Positions 1 through 8,362 of a stretch of 24,898 bases of DNA are shown piece after piece. Both the position numbers and the translations under genes were made by a program. Each line of letters starts with the position of its first letter. Position 1 is the first letter of the stretch. Source of the stretch: a virus (lineage: Duplodnaviria > Caudoviricetes); IMG/VR virus record IMGVR_UViG_3300012363_000021, positions 1 through 24,898 of that record, one strand, 5' to 3'. The notes beneath the pieces are model-generated. The model searched no databases, was not told where the DNA came from, and saw only the letters and a program-made list of their open reading frames with translations.

Positions 1-54
1 GGCCGGCTTCTCGCAGCCACCCTGCACGGCATCCCCGCTCGAAACGAGATTGAA

Positions 55-213
55 ATGAACCAGGCAACCGTAGTTGAAACCGTGGTGCGCCACGACGAAC
101 AGATCAAGGATTTGGATGAGAGGGTGAATTCCATGGCATCTACACTGACCTGGATCTTACGGTTCGGGATCGCCACCTTGGTCGGAGTCGCGGTCAACCT
201 GCTCAAGAAATAA
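55..213 (+). CDS. Small coiled-coil plus C-terminal TM protein, XhlA/holin-like (52 aa)
   Basis: Own translation MNQATVVETVVRHDEQIKDLDERVNSMASTLTWILRFGIATLVGVAVNLLKK. ATGA overlap with an upstream stop at 56-58; hydrophobic tail ending KK. Confidence 0.7.
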   Translation: MNQATVVETVVRHDEQIKDLDERVNSMASTLTWILRFGIATLVGVAVNLLKK

Positions 214-217
214 ACGT

Positions 218-412
218 ATGGATTGCGCCATCGAAATCTTCCCGGACGAGCAGGACGGCATCGAAGGTGTGGGAATGATTCTGCACCAAGCCTCCATCGT
301 CGAATCTGGCGAAGGGGAATTGGCGGCCGGATGCAAATTGTCGATGGATGGCGCTTTGAAGCTGGCCCACGGATTGATGGCCTGTCTCGAAAGATTGCAG
401 GCAGAAAACTGA
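218..412 (+). CDS. Hypothetical protein (64 aa)
   Basis: Starts 4 nt after the previous stop; acidic, plausible composition. Confidence 0.6.
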   Translation: MDCAIEIFPDEQDGIEGVGMILHQASIVESGEGELAAGCKLSMDGALKLAHGLMACLERLQAEN

Positions 413-420
413 ACACAAGA

Positions 421-576
421 ATGCCCAGCCCTTTGAACCCTCACGCGGAGACCGCAATCTCCGGGGAGATCCAGGACCGCTGCCGCGTGGAACTGGCGGA
501 CGCGCCGCGCCTGGCGGAATGCCTCCGGCTCTATCGCGAGATGGAGCTCGAACGCCTCGGGGAAACGCCGGTCTGA
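421..576 (+). CDS. Hypothetical protein (51 aa, MPSPLNPHAE...)
   Basis: ATG at 421 closely follows the stop at 412; helical-looking C-terminus; 5' part overlaps repeat L1. Confidence 0.45.
   Translation: MPSPLNPHAETAISGEIQDRCRVELADAPRLAECLRLYREMELERLGETPV
426..481 (-). repeat. Boundary repeat, reverse copy L1
   Basis: Reverse complement gcggtcctggatctcc...tctccgcgtgagggttcaaagggctg has the TCCTGGA core and the CAAAGGG end at family spacing. Confidence 0.7.
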
Positions 577-709
577 CCCTTATTTGTTTTTGCTGGGCTT
601 TCCGGCCTTGTGAGCCGTGCCCTTTTTGGTCGCGGTCGTTTTCTTCCCGGCAACAGTTTTAGCCATGCCCCGAGCATAGCAATTTCAACCTCACTAAAGG
701 ACACACAAC

Positions 710-901
710 ATGCCACGCTGGCTTCAAATCCTATTGCACATCGCCACTACCGGAGCGGGCGCTTACATCGCCTACTCGACCGGCACGGCGCTGCCACTGG
801 TCATATCGGGCGGCGTCAACACATTGGTCGGTAGCATCGCGCAGAACTACAACACGGACGGCACGCCGCAGGCGCAGCCCTTCGTAAAGGCCCCGAAGTG
901 A
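710..901 (+). CDS. Putative holin (63 aa, two hydrophobic segments)
   Basis: Hydrophobic N-terminal two thirds; AAAGGA RBS in an A/C-rich leader; GTGA overlap with the downstream lysin-like gene. Confidence 0.65.
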   Translation: MPRWLQILLHIATTGAGAYIAYSTGTALPLVISGGVNTLVGSIAQNYNTDGTPQAQPFVKAPK

Positions 902-1293
902 TCGCGGTCAAGGCCACGCGCGAGGGGCTGGTCGCCAAACGGGTCCAGAACGCCGACGGCACGGTGACGATCACCGGACGCCCTACTTCGAGCGGCTACC
1001 TGATCGATACGGTAGTGCCGTTCGTGGCGCTGCCGGACGGGAAAGCGCTGGATCGGTTCGTGCGGGTGACCAATCCGGCCAACGGCCGATCGGCGATCGC
1101 CTGGGTGGGAGAAACCGGGCCGTGGAACGAGCACGACGACGCGTATGTGTTCGGGGGCGCACGGCCGGCGGCCGAAACCGGTGTGGACACGCGCGGGCGC
1201 AAGACCAACGGCGCGGGCATCGACCTCTCCGAGAAAATCTACCGTCAACTGGGCCTGATCGATAACTCTCCGGTCGAGTGGGAGTTCGTCTGA
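898..1293 (+). CDS. RlpA-like double-psi beta-barrel protein, putative cell-wall lytic enzyme
   Basis: VALP...VRVTNPANGRSAIAWVGETGPW...IDLSEKIYRQLG matches the DPBB pattern (V.N..NGR...V.D.GP...IDLS...LG); coupled to the holin-like gene. Confidence 0.7.
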   Translation: MIAVKATREGLVAKRVQNADGTVTITGRPTSSGYLIDTVVPFVALPDGKALDRFVRVTNPANGRSAIAWVGETGPWNEHDDAYVFGGARPAAETGVDTRGRKTNGAGIDLSEKIYRQLGLIDNSPVEWEFV

Positions 1294-1303
1294 TCGCACC
1301 GCG

Positions 1304-1483
1304 ATGCCCCAATATGTTCCGGCGGCTCCGATTGCGGACGTACTGTTCGAGCAGTTGGCCGAACTGCTGACGCACGTCTTGGATTGCACTCGACAGCCCG
1401 GCGGCTGCGATACCTGCATCCGTCTCGAAGCCGTCACGAAAGAATTGCTCTGGCCGTTCCGACACCCAGAAAAACGAAGTTAG
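1304..1483 (+). CDS. Hypothetical protein (59 aa, HxxxC-x6-CxxC)
   Basis: Own translation MPQYVPAAPIADVLFEQLAELLTHVLDCTRQPGGCDTCIRLEAVTKELLWPFRHPEKRS; fills the gap before the portal. Confidence 0.6.
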   Translation: MPQYVPAAPIADVLFEQLAELLTHVLDCTRQPGGCDTCIRLEAVTKELLWPFRHPEKRS

Positions 1484-1487
1484 CCGA

Positions 1488-2864
1488 ATGCCGATCACTC
1501 CCACGCTGATTAAACTGCTGGACCGGGCGGAGAACCCGCGCGCCATCCGGGCGGCCTGCTGGGCGCTCGAAAAAGCCACCGGATTGAAGAGCATGGATCT
1601 GCTGAGCACCGGGGTCGGCGGAACGCTGGGCCTGGGATACGGCGCGGGCGGCTGGTACGAGCGCAACGGCTTTCACCTTCCGGGATGGAACGCCTACGGC
1701 TCCTACGCCGGGCAATTCATCTCGCGGGATACGGCGCTGCAATCGAGCGCGTTTTTCTGCGGCGTCAAAATCATTTCGGAAGACCTGGGTGCGTTGCCCT
1801 TCTTCGTGTATCGACGCTCGCAGGACCGGACCCAGATCGATAAGTTCTACGAGCACCCGCTCTACACCACCCTGCACGATCTGGTGAACCCCGAAATCTC
1901 AGCCGGGGAATTCGTGGAAAGCCTCACGGCGCACGCGCTCATGACGGGCAACGGGTTCGCCGAAATCCAGCGCGGCCAGCAGACCGTGTATCTCTGGCCG
2001 TGGCAGCCGGAGCAGACGCGCATCGTCCGCGACAGCGCCGGCAAACTGTTCTACATCAATTCGGCGACGGGAAAAGACAAGACCTACGCGCGCACCGATG
2101 TCTTTCACCTGAAGGGCTGGACCCTGGATGGATTGCAGGGCGAGAACACGCTCATGCGGATGCGCCACGTCCTGGGGATCACGCTCGCCGTGGACGAATA
2201 CCGCGGCCGGTATTTCGTCAACGACGCGACGCCGGGCGTGGTGCTTACGCGGCCGCCGGGGAGTGAGAAATGGGGTCCGGAAGTCCTGAAGGCTTTCAAG
2301 GAAGCCTGGAAGCAATGGCACCGGGGCACGGGGAATTCTCACGAGCCGGCGGTCATCCAGGACGGCATGACGATTGAGAAGATCACGCCTTCGAACGTCG
2401 AATCCCAACTCCGCGAATTGAGCCAGCATCAGATCGAGGAAGTCTGCCGCATCCTGCGGTTGCCGCCGCACAAGCTGGCGGAACTGAAGCGATCGACCAA
2501 CAACAACATCGAGCATCAGGGCATCGATTACGTGAGCAACACCATCGGTCCCTGGGCGGACCGCTGGCGCCGATCCGTCTGGCGCTGCCTCCTGACCACC
2601 GACGAACAGACCGCCAACCGGGTCTGGGCAGAGATGGAACTAGCCTCGCTGACGCGCGGGGACTTGAGCACGCAATCGGAAGCCTGGCGGAAGCTGCTCG
2701 AAAAAGGCGTCTTCTCGATCAACGAAGTCCGCAAATTCCTCAATCTGAATCCGGTCGAGGGCGGCCAAAACCATTTTATACAGCTCAATATGGCGACGGT
2801 GCAAGATGTCGCCTCGGGGGCTACGCTTGCGCAAAACGAGAGCGGGACTTTACCGATTCGTTGA
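1488..2864 (+). CDS. Phage portal protein, HK97 family
   Basis: ALQSSAFFCGVKIISEDLGALP, LMTGNGFAEI, DVFHLK, EVCRILRLPPHKL, NNIEHQGIDY and SINEVRKFLNLNPVEGG motifs. Confidence 0.97.
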   Translation: MPITPTLIKLLDRAENPRAIRAACWALEKATGLKSMDLLSTGVGGTLGLGYGAGGWYERNGFHLPGWNAYGSYAGQFISRDTALQSSAFFCGVKIISEDLGALPFFVYRRSQDRTQIDKFYEHPLYTTLHDLVNPEISAGEFVESLTAHALMTGNGFAEIQRGQQTVYLWPWQPEQTRIVRDSAGKLFYINSATGKDKTYARTDVFHLKGWTLDGLQGENTLMRMRHVLGITLAVDEYRGRYFVNDATPGVVLTRPPGSEKWGPEVLKAFKEAWKQWHRGTGNSHEPAVIQDGMTIEKITPSNVESQLRELSQHQIEEVCRILRLPPHKLAELKRSTNNNIEHQGIDYVSNTIGPWADRWRRSVWRCLLTTDEQTANRVWAEMELASLTRGDLSTQSEAWRKLLEKGVFSINEVRKFLNLNPVEGGQNHFIQLNMATVQDVASGATLAQNESGTLPIR

Positions 2865-3007
2865 ACCATTGCCAGCCAGCATCCGAGGCACAGCGTTCCA
2901 TCGAGCGGCGAAGTTTGCAAATGATGTCCCGAGCCATCCGGCTCGCGCATCTCTTGCGTGCAGATCCGGCAAGTGTTTTTCATCATTCACTCCGAGGGTA
3001 ATACGCC

Positions 3008-3157
3008 ATGATCCCCGAATTAGAATCCGACGATCCCGTGTGGTGCCTGGTGAGCTGGGACATCATGCTGCGCCCCTACCGGCGCCCGCGGCGCAAGCTG
3101 CGCAGCCGGAAGGCTTCGTTCCCGGACCGCGTCCGAAATCGCTGCTCTGAATTCTAG
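3008..3157 (+). CDS. Small basic hypothetical protein (49 aa)
   Basis: GAGGGT RBS at 2994-2999; MIPELESDDPVWCLVSWDIMLRPYRRPRRKLRSRKASFPDRVRNRCSEF; 3' half overlaps repeats L2/R1. Confidence 0.4.
   Translation: MIPELESDDPVWCLVSWDIMLRPYRRPRRKLRSRKASFPDRVRNRCSEF
3074..3131 (-). repeat. Boundary repeat, reverse copy L2
   Basis: gcgcccgcg (3082) and ttcccggaccgcg (3119) have the same 37-nt offset as gcgcccgcg (5532) and atccaggaccgcg (5569) in L3. Confidence 0.55.
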
Positions 3158-3173
3158 CTCAAAGGGCTTGCCC
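3117..3173 (+). repeat. Boundary repeat, forward copy R1
   Basis: 3139-3173 matches 13452-13486 at 29/35 without gaps; lies just upstream of the protease. Confidence 0.8.
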
Positions 3174-3194
3174 TAATCCTATTTTTTCCACGAG

Positions 3195-4172
3195 GTGCAT
3201 TTCAAAAACATGTTGGAAACGAAATCCCTTCTACCCAAGAAGCGCGAGACCAAATCCTTCTCGCTCGAAGTCAAGGCATTGCAGGAGGACGGCACTTTTG
3301 AAGGCATCCTCGCGGCCTACGGCAACGTCGACCTGGGCGGCGATCTGATCGAGCGCGGCGCCTTCGCCAAGACATTGCAGGAGAGTGGCGGCGAAGTGCC
3401 CATGCTGTGGCAGCACGATCCCGCGCAGCCCATCGGCATCATGAAATTGAAGGATTCGCCCGAGGGCCTGATCGCTTCCGGGCACCTGCTGCTCGAAGTG
3501 CCGCAGGCCAAAACCGCGTATCTCCTGCTCAAGGCCAAGGTGATCAAAGGCCTCTCCATCGGCTTCGACACGATCCAGGATTCCGTCGATAAGGGCATCC
3601 GCCATTTGAAAGAACTGCGGCTCTGGGAAGGCTCGCTCGTGACCTTTCCCATGAACCTCCAGGCCCTCGTGTCCTCCGTCAAAGCCCGGCAGGCGCTCCA
3701 TACCAAGGACGATTTCAACGAGGAATTGCAGGAGATCCAGCTCTATTCCGCCTCCTACCAGATGCGCTCGGCGCTGTCGTGCGCGCTCGATTCGTGCCGC
3801 TACGACTCGGCCCTGTCGGACGAGCAGAAACTCTCGGCCGCCGCCGATTCCATCGACCAGTTCAAGGCCGCGTATCTCGAAATGCTGCCGGCGCTGCTGG
3901 CCCTCGAAACCTCCGAAGGCATGGGCTGGATGGCGATGGCCAAGCGGATCGAAACCAAAGCGGGGGCCATGCTCTCGGCCGCCAACCGCAAGATTATCGC
4001 CGACAGCATGACTTCGCTGGAAGCCTGCAAAAGTTCCCTTCAGGCACTGCTCGACTCCGCCGATGCGGGCAAGTCGGCAGCCGCCCCACCAACTACCGAG
4101 CCGGGTCCCGATTCCCACTCGTGGTTCGATGCTTTCGCGCAGGAGTGGAAGCAGCAACTGAACGCCCAGTAA
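3195..4172 (+). CDS. HK97-family prohead maturation protease with a long helical C-terminal extension
   Basis: FEGILAAYGNVDLGGDLIERGAF, PMLWQHD, GLSIGF and LWEGSLVTFPMN motifs. Start may be ATG 3210. Confidence 0.96.
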   Translation: MHFKNMLETKSLLPKKRETKSFSLEVKALQEDGTFEGILAAYGNVDLGGDLIERGAFAKTLQESGGEVPMLWQHDPAQPIGIMKLKDSPEGLIASGHLLLEVPQAKTAYLLLKAKVIKGLSIGFDTIQDSVDKGIRHLKELRLWEGSLVTFPMNLQALVSSVKARQALHTKDDFNEELQEIQLYSASYQMRSALSCALDSCRYDSALSDEQKLSAAADSIDQFKAAYLEMLPALLALETSEGMGWMAMAKRIETKAGAMLSAANRKIIADSMTSLEACKSSLQALLDSADAGKSAAAPPTTEPGPDSHSWFDAFAQEWKQQLNAQ

Positions 4173-4238
4173 CGGCGCAACCCCCCATCCAACAATCCTC
4201 ACCGACCCCAGAACCACCCACAGGAGAACCACGAATCC

Positions 4239-5507
4239 ATGACCCCCGAAGAAATCAAAGCGATGGAAGACATCCGCACCGCCACGCTGGCTGCGATGGC
4301 CGCTTCCAAAACCGAGCACGCCAAGGCGCTCGGCGACCTCTCGACCGCCCTCATCGCGCGCATCGACGAACATAATACCAAGGGCTCGATCGACCCCGAG
4401 ACCAAAGAGAAGATCGACCGCCTGTTCGCGCGCCTCGACAAGCTGGAGCTGGACTCGACCCGTCCCGGCAGCGCGGCTTCCGTTTCGACCGAAGGCAAGA
4501 GCGCGGGCGAGCAGGTTATCTCGAGCGAAACCTTCCAGGCCGCGCAGAAATTGCAGTGGCTCGGACAGACCAAGGTTCCCTTCGCCGTGAAGGGCTGTCT
4601 GCCCCAGATCGAAATCCCCGGCCGCAAGAGCGCCATCACCACGGTCGGAGTCGGCACCGGGACCAGCGGCGTGCAGATGCCGCAGCGTTTGCCCGGCATC
4701 ACCGGCCTCGCGCGGCAGGCCCTGCGCATCCGCGATCTGTTGACCGTCCGGCCTCTCACCACCGGCAATTCCTTCGACTGGGTCAAGGAGCTGGCGCGCA
4801 CCAATAACGCCTCTCCCCAGATCGAATCGACGACCAAGGCGGAATCGACCTACACCTACACCGTGCAATCGGGCTCCGTCAAAACCGTGGCGCATTTCAT
4901 CAACGTCTCGCGCCAGGCTCTGGACGACATCGATTGGCTGCGCGGCAACATCGACTCGAACCTGATCTACGGACTGAAGGTCAAGGAAGAGTCCGAAATC
5001 CTGGCGGGCGACGGGCTGGGCCAGCATCTGAGCGGCCTGGTCACGCAGGCCTCCGCGTACAACACCGCGCTGCACGTGGCGGCCGACACGCGGCTCGACC
5101 AGCTCCGCCACGCCATCTTGCAGGCGCGCCTGGCCGGGTTGGACACTTACGCTCCGGACGGCATCGTTCTCCATCCGACCGATATGGAGAAAATCGAATT
5201 GATCAAGGTGGATCAGTCGGGGGCCAACACCGGCTTGTACATCCTCGGCGATCCCAAGACCGGCACGCAGATCAAGTTCGTCTGGGGCCTCCCCGTGGTG
5301 GAATCCGATTCCATGAGCGTGGGCCAGTTCCTGGTAGGCGGCTTCTCCACCGCCGCCGAATTGGTGGACCGCATGGCCGCCACCGTGCTGATCTCCTTCG
5401 AGCACGGCACCAATTTCACCGACAACATGGCCACCATCCTCTGCGAAGAGAGATTGGGCCTGCCCGTCAGACGGCCCGACGCCTTCATCCAAGGCACATT
5501 CGTCTAA
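4239..5507 (+). CDS. Major capsid protein, HK97 family
   Basis: N-terminal coiled-coil delta-like domain; LRIRDLL, KTVAHFINVSRQALDD, ILAGDG, WGLPVVES and ILCEERLGLPVRRPDAF motifs; AGGAG RBS. Confidence 0.97.
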   Translation: MTPEEIKAMEDIRTATLAAMAASKTEHAKALGDLSTALIARIDEHNTKGSIDPETKEKIDRLFARLDKLELDSTRPGSAASVSTEGKSAGEQVISSETFQAAQKLQWLGQTKVPFAVKGCLPQIEIPGRKSAITTVGVGTGTSGVQMPQRLPGITGLARQALRIRDLLTVRPLTTGNSFDWVKELARTNNASPQIESTTKAESTYTYTVQSGSVKTVAHFINVSRQALDDIDWLRGNIDSNLIYGLKVKEESEILAGDGLGQHLSGLVTQASAYNTALHVAADTRLDQLRHAILQARLAGLDTYAPDGIVLHPTDMEKIELIKVDQSGANTGLYILGDPKTGTQIKFVWGLPVVESDSMSVGQFLVGGFSTAAELVDRMAATVLISFEHGTNFTDNMATILCEERLGLPVRRPDAFIQGTFV

Positions 5508-5522
5508 CCCTCAAACGCCGTT

Positions 5523-5581
5523 TAGCCCCGTGCGCCCGCGCGCCAGCAAAGCGCGGGCGCACGGAGTTATCCAGGACCGCG
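5523..5581 (-). repeat. Boundary repeat, reverse copy L3, containing a perfect 14-bp hairpin
   Basis: Stem 5528-5541/5551-5564 (ccgtgcgcccgcgc) with a 9-nt loop, then tatccaggaccgcg, identical to 10282-10295. Confidence 0.75.
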
Positions 5582-5617
5582 CAGTCGTCAAACAGAGCCT
5601 CCAGCAAACACCGTGAC

Positions 5618-5671
5618 GCCGCGCTGGCACCTCCGCCCCGCGAGCAGATCGTCCGAACAAAAAAAGAAACC
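5618..5671 (+). repeat. Boundary repeat, degenerate forward copy R2
   Basis: cgctggc...gcagatcgtccgaacaaaaaaagaaacc resembles gcagacgtaacggcgcaaagagaatc; ends just before ATG 5675. Confidence 0.35.
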
Positions 5672-5674
5672 TTT

Positions 5675-5914
5675 ATGCCAAGACTGATCGCTATCCGCCA
5701 GTTGACCGGGGACTACGGCTGCGTAGACCCAGGCCAGCAGTTCGAGACCGACGCAGAGACCGCCGAGTCCCTGGAATCGCGCGGCCTCGCCTACGTCTAC
5801 CGCCCGCCGCGCTCCTTAGCGGAGCGTAAGGCCATGCAGGCGCCCGAAAACAAGGCCATGCAGGTGTCCGGCGACAAGGGCCATCCGTTCGAATTCATCG
5901 TCCGCTCGAAATAA
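5675..5914 (+). CDS. Small post-capsid phage protein (79 aa)
   Basis: MPRLIAIRQLTGDYG...PGQQFETDAETAESLESRGLA...APENKA is typical of small genes between capsid and connector; 3' end of the listed 4934..5914 frame. Confidence 0.8.
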   Translation: MPRLIAIRQLTGDYGCVDPGQQFETDAETAESLESRGLAYVYRPPRSLAERKAMQAPENKAMQVSGDKGHPFEFIVRSK

Positions 5915-5919
5915 CTCTC

Positions 5920-6612
5920 ATGCGCATCCTGCCCTGGAACCATCGTGTGCCCGTGCTGCGGGTGGTCACCCCGCCCGCGATGGAGCCCCTGTCTCTGGCC
6001 GAGGCCAAGCAGCAGATCCGGCTGGAGCAGGATTTTTCGGACGAGGACGACTACCTCTATCTCCTGATCGGCGCGGCCCGGCGCTTCTGCGAGCGCAGGA
6101 AAAGCTATTGCCTGGTCGAGCAGACCCTGGAATATTCCATCGACTGGTTCCCGCACTATCCGTTGGACGGCCTGGTGCTGCCCTATCCGGGAAGCAATTT
6201 GGGAATCGGCCTGTCGGCGTTTGCGATCGAATTGCCGAGGGCCACGCCGTTGCGCTCCATTCTGTCGGTCTACTACAGCGATTCGAACGGTGTCGCCGCC
6301 CTGTGGGATGCCTCCAACTACCGGGCCGAGACCTCCCGCACCCCCGGACTGCTGGTGCCGAATTACGGAGTGTCTTACCCGTCGTTCACGCCGCAGAACC
6401 AGAACGCGGTGAAGATCCAATACGTGGCGGGACCGGCGCTGCTCTCTCCGTCTGATGAAATCGACCCGTGCATCAAATTGGCGATGGGCCTGTTGGTCGG
6501 GCACTGGTATCAGAACCGCGAAGCCGCCGGAGGCACCGGAGGATTCGGAGTCATGCGGGAGCACGCCTTAATGGTGGACGACCTGCTGGGACTGGACCAA
6601 CTGATTTTCTGA
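5920..6612 (+). CDS. Head-tail connector (HK97 gp6 / phiE125 gp8-like)
   Basis: VTPPAMEPLSLAEAKQQIRL, AARRFCE and IKLAMGLLVGHWYQNREA motifs. Confidence 0.93.
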   Translation: MRILPWNHRVPVLRVVTPPAMEPLSLAEAKQQIRLEQDFSDEDDYLYLLIGAARRFCERRKSYCLVEQTLEYSIDWFPHYPLDGLVLPYPGSNLGIGLSAFAIELPRATPLRSILSVYYSDSNGVAALWDASNYRAETSRTPGLLVPNYGVSYPSFTPQNQNAVKIQYVAGPALLSPSDEIDPCIKLAMGLLVGHWYQNREAAGGTGGFGVMREHALMVDDLLGLDQLIF

Positions 6613-6670
6613 ACGCTGGCTGGGCTCCCGCGCAAGCCCGCTCCGCAGACGTAAAAGGCCAAAGAGAATT
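6613..6670 (+). repeat. Boundary repeat, forward copy R3
   Basis: cgcaagcccgctccgcagacgtaaaaggccaaagagaat shares cgcaagcccgctcc with R8 and ctccgcagacgtaa with R5; fills the intergenic gap. Confidence 0.85.
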
Positions 6671-6675
6671 ACATC

Positions 6676-7284
6676 GTGTTGGTCAGTGCCATCATGCCCA
6701 CGCGCGGGCGCCCGCAATTCGCTCAACGCGCACTGGAATGCTTTCTCTCGCAGACCTGGCCCGAGAAAGAACTGGCGATCCTGGACGATGCGGACAACCC
6801 GAGTTTTCCGGATGGAATCGCAGGCGAAGGAATTTACTACGAGCGGTTGAAGCGCAGGCTATCGATCGGCGCCAAACGAAACCTCTGCTGCTCGCGGGCC
6901 TCGGGCGACGTCCTGATGCACTGGGATGACGACGACTGGAGCTCGCCGGAACGGATGGCCGATCAGGTAGAACGCCTGAGTCAAGCGAACTGCGGGTTGA
7001 CCGGTTATCACTCCATGATCTTCGAGGACCGGGATACCGGGAAGCGCTGGAAGTATACAGGCCCCCTGCACGGCGCCGATGCCCTTGGCACCTCGCTCTG
7101 CTACACGCGCCGGTTCTGGATGGCGCATCCGTTCCCCGATCGACAGGTCGGCGAGGACGGAGCGGTTACGGGCCGCGTCTCGGGCATTCTCTCGGTGGAC
7201 GCCGGCGATTTGCTGATCGCCACGATTCACCCGGGCAACACCAGCCCCAAGACCATGGGCCGCCGCTGGGCGCTCCTCGACTGA
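6676..7284 (+). CDS. Glycosyltransferase family 2
   Basis: LVSAIMPTRGR, QTWPEKELAILDD, SIGAKRN, HWDDDDW and GED motifs of GT-A/GT2. Confidence 0.92.
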   Translation: MLVSAIMPTRGRPQFAQRALECFLSQTWPEKELAILDDADNPSFPDGIAGEGIYYERLKRRLSIGAKRNLCCSRASGDVLMHWDDDDWSSPERMADQVERLSQANCGLTGYHSMIFEDRDTGKRWKYTGPLHGADALGTSLCYTRRFWMAHPFPDRQVGEDGAVTGRVSGILSVDAGDLLIATIHPGNTSPKTMGRRWALLD

Positions 7285-7286
7285 CC

Positions 7287-7331
7287 GTTCTTTTTCCGCC
7301 CGCGCTTTTTCACCTGCCCAGTTCCCGGCGG
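7287..7331 (-). repeat. Boundary repeat, degenerate reverse copy L4
   Basis: ttctttttccgcccg resembles ttctctttgcgcccg of L5, 3 nt after a stop; core ttcccgg is at shorter spacing. Confidence 0.4.
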
Positions 7332-7391
7332 TGAAGCAATTCGACCCGTTACAAATCGCAACTCAACTCTAAAAGGACACCAAACAAAACA

Positions 7392-7787
7392 ATGGCTGCA
7401 ATCACGAATATCTTCACCGATACGATCTCGATTTCGTACTCGGGCAACGGCAAAACCGTCTCCACCAAAACCGGCACCTACACCGGCACGCACGACGCCG
7501 GCGTGGCGCTCGTAGTGCCCGCCGGCTCGGTGGACCTGCTGGTTGCCATCGAATTCCCGGTGGCCGGGATTCAATCCCTGGTCATGGCCGCTTCCGAGGA
7601 CGTCACCGTCAAGACCAACGCGATCTCACCGCCCGCCGATTCGTTCACGGTGAAGAAGACCGCCGGCGTGGTGTGGGGCTCGGATTATCACAACGCCTGC
7701 CCCTTCGGCACCAACGTCACGGCATTCTATATCTCGAACGCAGGGGTCACCGACGCCAAGTTCGATTTCCGCGTGCTGTACAACTAA
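7392..7787 (+). CDS. Hypothetical beta-rich Thr/Ser/Val-rich protein, probably virion structural
   Basis: Strong A/C-rich leader with AAAGGA like the tail tube gene; composition typical of structural proteins. Confidence 0.8.
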   Translation: MAAITNIFTDTISISYSGNGKTVSTKTGTYTGTHDAGVALVVPAGSVDLLVAIEFPVAGIQSLVMAASEDVTVKTNAISPPADSFTVKKTAGVVWGSDYHNACPFGTNVTAFYISNAGVTDAKFDFRVLYN

Positions 7788-7799
7788 CCCAACTCTGGC

Positions 7800-7856
7800 G
7801 ATTCTCTTTGCGCCCGTTCGTCAACGGATGGGCGGGCGCGGAGATCCAAGAGTCAG
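7800..7856 (-). repeat. Boundary repeat, reverse copy L5
   Basis: Reverse complement ctgactcttggatctccgcgcccgcccatccgttgacgaacgggcgcaaagagaatc is a near-consensus full copy. Confidence 0.9.
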
Positions 7857-7876
7857 CCTCAATCTGCGAACTCCTC

Positions 7877-8362
7877 ATGAAACTGAACCTGGGTGCGTGC
7901 GACCGGAGATTCCCCGGATTCACTTCGGTCGATATCGTTCCGCCGGCGGACGAGATCGCGGACCTTACAAAGCCGTGGCCGTGGGAGACAGCCAGCGTCC
8001 AGGAAGTGCTGGCATACGACGTCTTCGAACACCTGCCAAATAAGCGCCACACCATGAACGAGCTGTGGCGCGTGCTGAAGCCGGGCGGGATCGCACGCAT
8101 CCAGGTCCCTCACGCAACCCTGGGAGACGGAGGGCATTGCGACCCGACGCATTGTTCCTACTGGACCTGCAGCGACTTCGAATACTATGTGCCGGGAGTG
8201 CCGGAACGGGAGCGCTTCCGCAATTCAGCCTACTATGGAGTGAAGGCAGATTTCCGCATTTTGAACCTCACCTCCCGCGGACACATTCCCACGCAACGCT
8301 GCGAACGGAAGTTCGGCGGGTACGTGACTGAGATCCAGGTGGTGATCGAGGCCGTGAAATGA
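7877..8362 (+). CDS. Class I SAM-dependent methyltransferase (161 aa)
   Basis: MKLNLGAC, DLTKPWPWETASV, DVFEHL, MNELWRVLKPGG and DPTH motifs; true start ATG 7877. Confidence 0.9.
   Translation: MKLNLGACDRRFPGFTSVDIVPPADEIADLTKPWPWETASVQEVLAYDVFEHLPNKRHTMNELWRVLKPGGIARIQVPHATLGDGGHCDPTHCSYWTCSDFEYYVPGVPERERFRNSAYYGVKADFRILNLTSRGHIPTQRCERKFGGYVTEIQVVIEAVK

Noticed and set aside
1-58. 3' end of an upstream gene (possibly terminase)
   Set aside because: Only 18 codons are visible before TGA 56-58, so no product can be assigned.
4135-4185. Further possible repeat copies at 4135-4185, 603-655, 16563-16613 and 23907-23964
   Set aside because: Right position and polarity but only partial matches (e.g. 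gtaacggcgcaa shared with R5); not called without a profile score.
3231-5492. 753-aa - strand ORF and other long antisense or alternate-frame ORFs (e.g. 20034..21074, 11633..12574, 18329..19450)
   Set aside because: Shadows of clearly recognisable + strand genes in GC-rich DNA; no motifs of their own.
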